A stretch of 64,000 bases of DNA, from the IMG/VR virus record IMGVR_UViG_3300025168_000054, positions 1-64,000 of that record; one strand, given 5' to 3'. Positions 17,211 to 26,081 of this stretch are shown in pieces. A program made the position numbers and the translations under genes. Every line of letters begins with the position of its first letter. Position 1 is the first letter of the stretch. Origin of the DNA: a virus. The notes below the pieces were generated by a model. It saw only the letters and a program-made list of their open reading frames with translations. It did no database searches and was not told the DNA's origin.

Positions 17211-19421
17211 ATGGCTGGACCTGGTCAGCGCGCTGTCTCGCAGGTCCGCATTCAGAGCGGACAGGCACAGGTCCAGTACGCCCCGACGAACCTTGCGTAC
17301 AAGATCAAGAACCTCGAGTTGACCCCGGAGGGAACCCTCCGGGCGATTCGGGGCTCTTGCCCGTACGAGCCTGACCGTGGGGGTGACCAGTACGGGGCCT
17401 TTACGGGTAACCTCGCCAATGGTTTCGACCTCTTCTCTCGCGTCTTGTTTCCCGAAGATGTGATCACTATCTACGGCGTCTTTCACGCAGGGTTGCTGCG
17501 GGGAAAAGCGCCGACCCTCTTGGTGAGAGCGGGAGATCGCCTCTACATTCATGCGGGTTGGCGGCGATCATGGAAAGAGATCTATCGCGGACTGACGGAT
17601 GACGGCCGCGCAGGTCATCCCGACATGTTCACCGTGGTCAACGACACGATTGTCTGGACCAACGGCATCGACCCGCCCCTGGTCATTTCCCACAACGGCA
17701 TGGTTGTGCCTCTGGGATTTGATAAAGCTCCGGGTGTCCCTGAAGCCATGGGGCCACTTCAGCCAGGCGACATCACTAAGGACTACCCGAACCAGGACGG
17801 CTACACGTGGCCAGGCCGCATCGGCACTATCGGCGATTACGTTGACAACAACGACGGAGCCGTGCTTGCTGGTCGTTGGAAGTACGCCACCGCTTACGAG
17901 GATGTCCACGGAAACATCTCACCGCTATCAGGCGAGAGCGTCGAGATCGCGGTTGCCCTGCAGCGGGCGAACGCGTTTATCGAAGAAGAGCTCATTCGTG
18001 ACGCGGGAGATAACTACACTATTGGCGCGGTCAGAAAGGTTGACCAAAGCACCAAGATCGACGACCTGCCTCGGCAGTTTGTGGTCAAGGGGTCGGGAGA
18101 TGCGCCCCCGCACGCGGTAGCTACGCGGCTGTACCGCACGCCCGACGGCAACCGCTTTCCTGGCACCTACCGGCTGGTGACCCGCATGGCGGGCACGCGG
18201 AACTTTGTTTACGCCGACAACGTGCCTGACAGCCGCTTGGGTGAGCCCGCCAAGGACTACCTGCCAGTTCCGCGCTTCGGGGTCATGACGTCTCATGCGG
18301 GCGCGCTGGTGATTGCTGAAGGACCGTATGTCATGCGCAGTGACGTCGGATACCCCGGCACCTTCCCCTCGGAGTTCGCTACGACGCCTGACCCTGACGG
18401 AGCCGTCGTTACGGCGCTGGCCAGTCATCAAGGTAGGCTCCTTGCCTTCACAGAGCGGTCGGTGGTTGACATCACCGAACCGGGGGCGCCCCCGGTTGTG
18501 ATGGCCCGCGGCATCGGTTGTGTGGCGCCTCGATCGCTTCAAGGTCTTCCTGACGGAACGCTCATCTGGCTGAGCCGAGATGCTTTTTACGGCTGGAATC
18601 CTGGTAGCGGGATGGTCAAGCTGAGTGACCCGATCCACCGGCTGGTGAAGACGGAGCTTGCTACGGGGTCACTGCGCAACGCGGTGTCCATTATTGAGCC
18701 GGAGAGCCGTGACTACCGTTGCGCTGTGGCTCGGGCGGGTTCGTTCGACAATGAGCTCATCCTGGCGTTTGACGGACAGGGTTGGCGCGAGATTGACCTT
18801 GGGTACAAGATCAAGGACATGTGCGTCACTGATGACCCCAGATACCTGGTGTTGTTCGCCGGAGGAAGACGAACCCTCGTCGGCACCACGTCATCCGACA
18901 CAGTCCTGGGGCAAGAAGCGCCTTCCTTCGGTAGCGGCACCACAGCGCCAACTGTCCTGGCTTACGATGTTTACGTCATGAGCCATGAGACTACCGCAGG
19001 CACGGGTCCAGGGCTGACCTACGAGTTTCAGAGTGCGTGGCTTCGTGGCGACGACAACGCGCTGCAGCCGATCCACGTACACAACCTGTACATCGGCATG
19101 ATCGACGAGGTCAATGAGACCATCGACGTTGAAATCTTCTCCAACGGGTCGTTTGCTCCTGACGCGGACAGTCCCCGCAAGCTCAAGACTGTGGGGGTTG
19201 AGGTCAAAGACCTGCTTGGTGAGCTCGAGCTCGGCAAAGGAAAGACCCACTCGCGGCGACTGTTCTGGCGCAGGCTGCCTGTCGGCCTCCAGAGCGTGAA
19301 CACGTGGGCGTTTAAGCTCAAGTCGAAGACGCCGTTTCACATCGCGTCGTTCGCTTTCCAGACGTCGTTTGCGACCATGGGCGACCAGCTCGCCCGCATC
19401 CCTCTGGGCGAGGACGAGTAA
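17211..19421 (+). CDS. Tail nozzle/stabilisation protein (P22 gp10-like beta-propeller)
   Basis: NLELTPEGTL, WTNGID, VTALASH.GRLLAFTE, GIGCVAPRS, KLSDPI motifs. Confidence 0.75.
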   Translation: MAGPGQRAVSQVRIQSGQAQVQYAPTNLAYKIKNLELTPEGTLRAIRGSCPYEPDRGGDQYGAFTGNLANGFDLFSRVLFPEDVITIYGVFHAGLLRGKAPTLLVRAGDRLYIHAGWRRSWKEIYRGLTDDGRAGHPDMFTVVNDTIVWTNGIDPPLVISHNGMVVPLGFDKAPGVPEAMGPLQPGDITKDYPNQDGYTWPGRIGTIGDYVDNNDGAVLAGRWKYATAYEDVHGNISPLSGESVEIAVALQRANAFIEEELIRDAGDNYTIGAVRKVDQSTKIDDLPRQFVVKGSGDAPPHAVATRLYRTPDGNRFPGTYRLVTRMAGTRNFVYADNVPDSRLGEPAKDYLPVPRFGVMTSHAGALVIAEGPYVMRSDVGYPGTFPSEFATTPDPDGAVVTALASHQGRLLAFTERSVVDITEPGAPPVVMARGIGCVAPRSLQGLPDGTLIWLSRDAFYGWNPGSGMVKLSDPIHRLVKTELATGSLRNAVSIIEPESRDYRCAVARAGSFDNELILAFDGQGWREIDLGYKIKDMCVTDDPRYLVLFAGGRRTLVGTTSSDTVLGQEAPSFGSGTTAPTVLAYDVYVMSHETTAGTGPGLTYEFQSAWLRGDDNALQPIHVHNLYIGMIDEVNETIDVEIFSNGSFAPDADSPRKLKTVGVEVKDLLGELELGKGKTHSRRLFWRRLPVGLQSVNTWAFKLKSKTPFHIASFAFQTSFATMGDQLARIPLGEDE

Positions 19422-21631
19422 TGTCTGGTGACTACCTTTTCCCTAAGCGGAAGTTCAAGGAAGGCGAGCCGCTTGACAAGGCGGAGATCAACGACGCCTT
19501 GCAGGTTTCCGCCGAACGCCTCAACGGACACCTCAACCCTCACAACATTCGAGCGCCTTTGGCGCAGAGTGTGGCGTCTGCCGCAGAGGCGTTCTTTCGA
19601 ACTGAAGTTGCTGCTGTCGACGTAGATTCTTTGATGCAACACGCACCTTCCTCTACTCCAGGCAAGAGTCCGCAACCGAGTGCGTCAGACGCGTTTCTTC
19701 TCGAGCAAGAAACCGGGTGGGTTCCTGTAACGGGTAGCGAAGACATGATTGTTGAGATGACCACAGGGTCTTCTGCACTCATCGTCACCGCGCAAGCCGC
19801 TCACTGCTACGCGGGAAAGTACGACGGCGCTACCACGCGGTATGAAACTGACGTACCCGTATTCAGCAATCCTCCACTCAAAAATGGCCGGGTACGCCGC
19901 AGTATTGTCGCTCAACTTAGGGTGACGATTACGCTGGGGTCGAACGTAAAAACTCAAACGCTGTCGGTCAGAGACGCCCGTAACTTCAATAACCACGTTA
20001 ATCAGAGCAAAGAAATCGCCAGAAGCATTGCTTCAAACAGGGTATTCAACAATCAAGGATTTTCGATTTCAGCAAATGGGCGAACTCTAAACTTTAAAGC
20101 TAAAGCTCCAGGAGCAAAACCTTCTGTCGCAACGATTCAATACACATCAGAAACTGGAGATTCCTTTACCCAAACTGTTTCTTTGACGGTCCTTAACGAC
20201 GGTGCTTCAGCATCAACCAGTGAGGCGCTTGACTCTCTGGACTCTTGTAATCCCGCAACGAGCCCCACGGTTGTTCTTTATTACCCTGCGCAGATTCAGT
20301 ACGCGTTGCGGGTAGACGGCGTGGTCATCACAGAAACCATCACTGGTCGCTTCGACAACGAGCAGGCGCCACTGTCCCCGGTGCGTATTCGTTCGCCAAG
20401 AGACGAGACCGCACTCGCAGCCGGCACGGACGTCGATAATGGTGTCACCGGCCCAATGACCGGCAGGTTTCGTGAACGGCCTGACGCAATCAACATTCCG
20501 ATGTTTAGCGTACGCCTGACCGCATCGGTCAATGTCGAACCAGGAGACCACGTCGTCGAGCTGGTTGTTCGCCGTGTGCCTACGGGTAGAAAGCGTTCGT
20601 TTACTCCTCCACCCCCGGAGGTCGGTCTTCCTGTGTCGGGTACGACGTACCTGCCCAGAGCGAGCAGGGTGTTCATCTACTCTCGGCAGCTGTCAGTTAC
20701 CGACGCGTCGATCGAACCCGTGACTTCGGCGGTGTTCGGCGAACCCTCGGTCGTTGCCTCTTTTTCGGATGAAGACGTCATCAGTAACGAATCGCTTGTT
20801 GTCGACAAGCTGCAGCCGGTGGCTGACTCCACTAACGATGTGGGCTCATTTCAGGTCGCGCGGGGAGCGATCAACGGCGACCATCTCGGGTCGTTCTCGT
20901 CGGTCTTGGCTGTGGCGTCGTCTGAAAATATCTCGACACCTACGATTGATTCAGCGCTGAATCCTTACGACTACCCGCCAGACTTCAGCGCGCACAGCTT
21001 CTCCGCTTCTCTCGACCTCTTTAAAGAGAGCGCTGTAAACTACGCCTTGCTGGATGCGGCAGTTCTGCAAAACCCCGAAGGGGCCGCCGTGTCACTCGAG
21101 GGTTCTGCGGCAAATCCTTTGGAGTGTGTTCTGACGATCGAGGCCAACGTGTTTTTGCGCCGCCTGGTTCACACCAGCAGGTCTCAAAGCGAGATGCACT
21201 TGGCCGGCGCGGTCTTTATCATCGGGCTGTTTGACACGACGCTCGGCGAGTATTGCTTCTACAGGCCCAGCATCGCATGGGTCAACAGCAACAACTACAT
21301 CGCGTACCAGGCGAGTAAAGCTTCGACAAACTTGTACAATCTCAGCAACAAGGTCGGTCTGAACTACCAGTCGCGCTATGGTCTCGGCGGCGTAGTAGCC
21401 GATAGGGTCACCTCGGGTGATTTGCCAGGTGACTTTGTCGACGTGCCAGTGACTGCCCACATCAACTTCAGCGGGGTTGATAGTGCCGGCAACTCTCGAG
21501 CACTCATTAAAACCGTTGACAAGGTTGCGATATTTGGCGCAGCTGTGTGGATGGGGAACAGCAGTTCTTCTGGCGATACCAAGTTTGTTCCGTCATCCGT
21601 GACGATCAACGCTGTCGCAATGAAGTCGTGA
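19421..21631 (+). CDS. Tail-associated structural protein
   Basis: TAATG overlap with nozzle gene; beta-rich; contains a low-GC segment. Confidence 0.6.
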   Translation: MSGDYLFPKRKFKEGEPLDKAEINDALQVSAERLNGHLNPHNIRAPLAQSVASAAEAFFRTEVAAVDVDSLMQHAPSSTPGKSPQPSASDAFLLEQETGWVPVTGSEDMIVEMTTGSSALIVTAQAAHCYAGKYDGATTRYETDVPVFSNPPLKNGRVRRSIVAQLRVTITLGSNVKTQTLSVRDARNFNNHVNQSKEIARSIASNRVFNNQGFSISANGRTLNFKAKAPGAKPSVATIQYTSETGDSFTQTVSLTVLNDGASASTSEALDSLDSCNPATSPTVVLYYPAQIQYALRVDGVVITETITGRFDNEQAPLSPVRIRSPRDETALAAGTDVDNGVTGPMTGRFRERPDAINIPMFSVRLTASVNVEPGDHVVELVVRRVPTGRKRSFTPPPPEVGLPVSGTTYLPRASRVFIYSRQLSVTDASIEPVTSAVFGEPSVVASFSDEDVISNESLVVDKLQPVADSTNDVGSFQVARGAINGDHLGSFSSVLAVASSENISTPTIDSALNPYDYPPDFSAHSFSASLDLFKESAVNYALLDAAVLQNPEGAAVSLEGSAANPLECVLTIEANVFLRRLVHTSRSQSEMHLAGAVFIIGLFDTTLGEYCFYRPSIAWVNSNNYIAYQASKASTNLYNLSNKVGLNYQSRYGLGGVVADRVTSGDLPGDFVDVPVTAHINFSGVDSAGNSRALIKTVDKVAIFGAAVWMGNSSSSGDTKFVPSSVTINAVAMKS

Positions 21632-21638
21632 GGTTGAC

Positions 21639-22466
21639 ATGGCAATCGTAACGCTACCGACGACGTTTATTGACGGGTCATCCCTCCCAGTCGAAGACCT
21701 CAACAAGTCGCTGTATTCAACGACCCCCGGAGAAGGTCTGTACTCTGAGCCGAACGGCGGGGTAGAGCTGCGACCCACCGAAAACGGCAGCGCTGACTTC
21801 GCGCTAAGTCGTGAGCATCTTCAGCCTGAGCAAGTGGTCAAGACGCGATTTGATGGTTCATGGCACACGCTCGACAACATGAGCGATGTTAGCGGCCAGA
21901 CCACTGTGGAAGCCAACAACGGGGTAGTCGCTCGTTCGCAGGCGCTGCCTGGCTGTGGCTTGCGGGTCTACGTCCCCTTCAACGCTGCGGCTTTGCGGTG
22001 GAACATTTCTTTCTTCTTCTACGTGGCGAAGTGGTTCGGGTTGTCTGAGGCAAACGACGCGTTTTACTCCGAAGGTGGAAAAATCTTGGTGGCGTTGTTC
22101 GTGGACGGAGTTGAACAGCGGTCTTGGCGGCGAGAGTTCCCAATGACCTGGTTCAAGAGAGCGGTCAAGGACTACACGGTCAGCTCTGCCGACAACAACA
22201 ACAAAACACCGACCTCAACAGAGGCTGAGCAGGCGTCGTTCATGAACTTGAGCTACCTGCAGGTCAACGTAGGCCAGGGTTTCCACGAGGCTTATCTGGG
22301 GTTCTACGTCAAGCCGACCCAGGCACTCTCAGGAGACATCGCGGTTTTTCGTCGTGACACGGTGCTGAAGTACGACAAGAGCGATTTCCTCATCTCGAAA
22401 GACCTCGAGCTCTATCAGCGGCTGGGGATCGGTTGTCGCAATGCCCGCGTCGTCGCATTCCGATGA
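21639..22466 (+). CDS. Tail-associated structural protein
   Basis: Position in tail cluster, beta-rich; GAGG RBS. Confidence 0.55.
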   Translation: MAIVTLPTTFIDGSSLPVEDLNKSLYSTTPGEGLYSEPNGGVELRPTENGSADFALSREHLQPEQVVKTRFDGSWHTLDNMSDVSGQTTVEANNGVVARSQALPGCGLRVYVPFNAAALRWNISFFFYVAKWFGLSEANDAFYSEGGKILVALFVDGVEQRSWRREFPMTWFKRAVKDYTVSSADNNNKTPTSTEAEQASFMNLSYLQVNVGQGFHEAYLGFYVKPTQALSGDIAVFRRDTVLKYDKSDFLISKDLELYQRLGIGCRNARVVAFR

Positions 22467-22496
22467 CCGTGCTAATCTCATCCTCGGAGGTCTGAC

Positions 22497-23216
22497 ATGG
22501 CAGCTCTGGTCATCATGGGCGTCGGCGCGGCGGTTGCTGCGGGCGGTCAGCTTGCGTCAGGTATTTCTGCCGGCAACGCCGCGAAGAAGCAGGCTCAGGC
22601 GCAGAAGCGCGCTGCAGGCCGCTACGCCAAGGCGTTGCGGTCGCAGGCTTCGAAGATGCAGGGCGGTATGTCTGCTGCGCAGAAGCGGACGCTCAAGACC
22701 GACGCGGCGCTCGACCGAGCCGCCCTTGGTCAGCAGGCTCGTGACGAAGCGAAGCGCGGTGGTCAGAGCCCGTCCGTAGCTCTCGAGGCGGAGCTGGACG
22801 CATCGCTGCAGGCGTCAATGGCTGAGCAGCAGAAGATGATTGACCAGATGAGCAACCAGGAAGCTCAGGCGAAGGCTGCGCAGCGCCAGTCTTTGAGGGG
22901 TCAGGCCCTTCAGACCGAGATGCAGGCGCAGGCTATCGACCCCAATGCCATAAAGCAGGCGACGATGGCTCCGATGTACGGCCAGATCGCAGGCACCGTT
23001 GGCGGTTCCGCGGTGAGTCTGGCGTCTCCGACGGCTGCAACGCAGGTTTCAGGAATAGCCGGGCAGCAGCTCGCGAATCGGAACCAGGACTACTTGGCCG
23101 CGATTCAGGCGGCCACGGACTTTGACGACCTTGATCCTTCGATGAAGCTTATGCAGACCCGAGTGCAAACACTCATAGACGGCCCCTCGGACCGCTACGA
23201 CACGCGAAGGCGATAA
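22497..23216 (+). CDS. Internal virion/ejection protein 1
   Basis: Hydrophobic Gly/Ala N-terminus then Ala/Gln-rich coiled coil, typical of the small podoviral ejection protein. Confidence 0.7.
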   Translation: MAALVIMGVGAAVAAGGQLASGISAGNAAKKQAQAQKRAAGRYAKALRSQASKMQGGMSAAQKRTLKTDAALDRAALGQQARDEAKRGGQSPSVALEAELDASLQASMAEQQKMIDQMSNQEAQAKAAQRQSLRGQALQTEMQAQAIDPNAIKQATMAPMYGQIAGTVGGSAVSLASPTAATQVSGIAGQQLANRNQDYLAAIQAATDFDDLDPSMKLMQTRVQTLIDGPSDRYDTRRR

Positions 23217-23218
23217 TC

Positions 23219-26041
23219 ATGACGTACGCTGACCTGGTTGCTTACATCAGATCCGGTGTCGCTAACGGAAGTTGGTCGGCGAGCGCGGCGGCAGACGCGC
23301 GGGAGTTCTTGACGAAGAACCGCGAAGAAATCCGCCAGAAGCTGGGCGAGTACGAAGAAAAGAAGGCAGAGGCGAGGGCAAACGGTCTCGAAGACCACGC
23401 CAATCTTATCGAAAGTTCCATGGACACGTTCATGGGGCATCTCATTAGGCAGGCATCTACGGCCGACGCTACTTCAATCGACGTGTTCAAAGACAGTGTC
23501 AAAGCAGCCGACAAAGTCATTGACGACCTGACCTTCAAAACAATCGAGAAGGTGCCCAGCGCGGTTCAGGTTCTTCTGCGTCAGATCGAGGGTAGCGAGA
23601 AGGGCGATATTCACAATCTCTTGGCTGAATCTCGTTTTGCGAACGCAGACATGTTTGAGCCGACCAGCGCCGGCAATCTTTCGGGGGCGTCAGGAGGACA
23701 ATACTTGGTGGCCAAGGCACTTCTGGGCAAGGCCGAGCAGGGTAAGCTAGTCGATACGTTCCAGTCTCCGGGCCTACCGGAAGCGGCCTACAAGAACTAC
23801 CAGACAAAGTTCGATGACGACGACCCGGAGTTTACTTCGTACTCATGGGCTCAAACCTACGTCGATGGCAACGAGGCGCTGCAGGACCAGATTGACGCCG
23901 CGGTCGAGTCGATGCTGGACCCTCTCGGCATTCCAGTGGAAGACGCTACGCAGCAGTCACTCCTAAGAGATGTGTTCGAGGGAACGGCAGTTCGCGGAGT
24001 GCAGCTCGAAGTGGCGAAACGCGACAAGGCAGCCTTTCAGGCACTTGTCGATAAGAAGGCATCAGGAGGCAAAGTCAACCAGTCTGACGTCGACGCGGCG
24101 ATCAGAGGCGCTCACAGCCTGTCACTGACGAAGCATGGGATTCTCGGCGATACGGCAGAGTCTCTGGTTCAGCGTGAGCTGTCGAAGGTGAAGGACCCCA
24201 CTGGCGGAATGACTGCGGATGAGGCCGTGGTTGCCCGTTTCGGTGAGTCCGTCATGGACACGCTCGATTACGATCGCATCGCGCTCCTCGACGGCGTGGA
24301 CTCCTCGGGTCGTCCGCTCGACAAGTACAGGAGCAAGAAGGACGTGCTCGACAGCACCCTCGGCAGGGCGTACCTGAAGCAGGTTGACCTCCGAAAGAAG
24401 CTGGCCGACAACTCCTCGTTCGCGGAGTACGCGCGGTCTCACGGGCTGAACGTCTTGCCTGGACAGATGCCGACGCCGGGACAGATGCGTCGATTTGGCC
24501 GCGACATCCGTAAAGGGACGCGGCGTCCGGTTCAGCCGTCTGGAGTGATGGCTGAACTCATCGTGGTCGATCCCGACCGCACGGTGACGCTCGGCGAGGG
24601 GGCGGAGGCCCGTCGTGTCTCGTTCACGGTGACTGGCGAAGACAATACCACTCGCTACCTCACCAAGGAAGAACTCGAGGAGAAAGGCAACGCGGCTCTC
24701 AGCGATGAGAAGACGTACCCGATTCGTGAGATTGACCTCGACAACCCGAACGCACGCGAACTTCTGTCCGCAGCAGTGCCTGGGCTGAAGCGAGATATGC
24801 AGATCATTGACAAGGGCTATCTGAGCAGCAACGACGCTATCGCAGACAGGTTCAAGGGCTCCAGCGTCTTGGTCGACGTCACTACCGGCAAGGTCGTCCT
24901 CATCGGACAGGACCGCAAGGTCATGGAGGTTGTCGATGGGGCTGGCGAGATTGGACAGCTGAAGACATTCGCCAGCAACCCAGAGTACGCGGCTATCGCC
25001 GCAGACAACGATCGGTCTCGTCGAGGAGAAGCCGGCAACGCGCTTAAGTCATTCGACGAGCGCTTTCAGAAAGGCCTTCGGGTCGACGACGTGGGCATCG
25101 CCATCCCTGAGGGCGTGACGATGACCGCGGAGGTCGCTCGTAAGAGGATTACGGGTGAGATGGGCAGGCGCAAGACTGGTCAGTCGCAGGCCGAGTTCAA
25201 CATTATTGGCCGGGACGAAGACGGGAACCCCACCTACTCGGTCATCAACGTACGCGACATTTTCGGTGAGCCTAAGGCGCTGCCGTCCGCGGACACCGCT
25301 CGGTCTTCTCGTAAGGATCGTCGAACACGCCGTAAGGATGGAGCCCCTGGCAAGCGGGGGCGTGCGGACTACCGCGAGGAGGCGCTTCCGCCTCTCCAGC
25401 GGGCGGTTGCAGCACCGGCTCCTGAGGCTGCTCCAGCGCCTGCTCCGGCTCCTGATGATGCTCCAGCACCAAAGGAAGATAAGGCTGCCCCCGCGCCTGC
25501 TCCGGCACCAGCGCCTGCTCCGGCACCCGCTCCGGCACCGGCGGCAGAGGTTGCCGCGCCTGCGGTTGAGGCCTTGGAGGCAGCCTCGGAAAGCGCGCCA
25601 ACGCCGTTCTCTCCGACGGTCGCTTTCGACGCGAGGCCGGCGCAAGACCTCGGAGAGTTTGCTGGCGTAACGGGTGACCCGAGCTTCCCCGTAGCCGACC
25701 GGCCGAGTTTCGAAGACTTGGCGGGTCCACCTTCATACGGCGCGGCGCTCACGGGGGCGATAATGGGGATGACTCCAGCCGATCGACAAGTAGTGAGATT
25801 TTCCCGCACTGGCAGAGGCAAGGCTCTGAGTCGCGCCATGAACCCGTATGACCCTAACGAGTTCAAGCAGGCGGTAGATCAGTCCAACTACAAACGAGCT
25901 TTTCAGGCTTATGGGGTAGACCCTGAATCGCTGCCCGAGCCCGAAGACGCAAACGTCGAGATGGCGCGCATTCTTTCGGGACAACTCGCCGAGGAAGAAG
26001 AGGAAGACGAGAAGCCCGCAGGGTCCTCTCCGGCTAGCTGA
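23219..26041 (+). CDS. Internal virion/ejection protein 2
   Basis: 940 aa helical protein between small and giant ejection genes; Pro-Ala linker. Confidence 0.6.
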   Translation: MTYADLVAYIRSGVANGSWSASAAADAREFLTKNREEIRQKLGEYEEKKAEARANGLEDHANLIESSMDTFMGHLIRQASTADATSIDVFKDSVKAADKVIDDLTFKTIEKVPSAVQVLLRQIEGSEKGDIHNLLAESRFANADMFEPTSAGNLSGASGGQYLVAKALLGKAEQGKLVDTFQSPGLPEAAYKNYQTKFDDDDPEFTSYSWAQTYVDGNEALQDQIDAAVESMLDPLGIPVEDATQQSLLRDVFEGTAVRGVQLEVAKRDKAAFQALVDKKASGGKVNQSDVDAAIRGAHSLSLTKHGILGDTAESLVQRELSKVKDPTGGMTADEAVVARFGESVMDTLDYDRIALLDGVDSSGRPLDKYRSKKDVLDSTLGRAYLKQVDLRKKLADNSSFAEYARSHGLNVLPGQMPTPGQMRRFGRDIRKGTRRPVQPSGVMAELIVVDPDRTVTLGEGAEARRVSFTVTGEDNTTRYLTKEELEEKGNAALSDEKTYPIREIDLDNPNARELLSAAVPGLKRDMQIIDKGYLSSNDAIADRFKGSSVLVDVTTGKVVLIGQDRKVMEVVDGAGEIGQLKTFASNPEYAAIAADNDRSRRGEAGNALKSFDERFQKGLRVDDVGIAIPEGVTMTAEVARKRITGEMGRRKTGQSQAEFNIIGRDEDGNPTYSVINVRDIFGEPKALPSADTARSSRKDRRTRRKDGAPGKRGRADYREEALPPLQRAVAAPAPEAAPAPAPAPDDAPAPKEDKAAPAPAPAPAPAPAPAPAPAAEVAAPAVEALEAASESAPTPFSPTVAFDARPAQDLGEFAGVTGDPSFPVADRPSFEDLAGPPSYGAALTGAIMGMTPADRQVVRFSRTGRGKALSRAMNPYDPNEFKQAVDQSNYKRAFQAYGVDPESLPEPEDANVEMARILSGQLAEEEEEDEKPAGSSPAS
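25410..25562 (+). repeat. Coding Pro-Ala low-complexity repeat
   Basis: GCGCCTGCTCCGGCACC-type units encoding APAPAPAP. Confidence 0.8.
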
Positions 26042-26081
26042 GGCCTCGTGTTACACTCACCCGCAACCCAGGTGAGTGTAG

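Noticed and set aside
25410-25562. Tandem repeat as a regulatory or contingency locus
   Set aside because: Fully explained as a Pro-Ala coding linker with mixed codons
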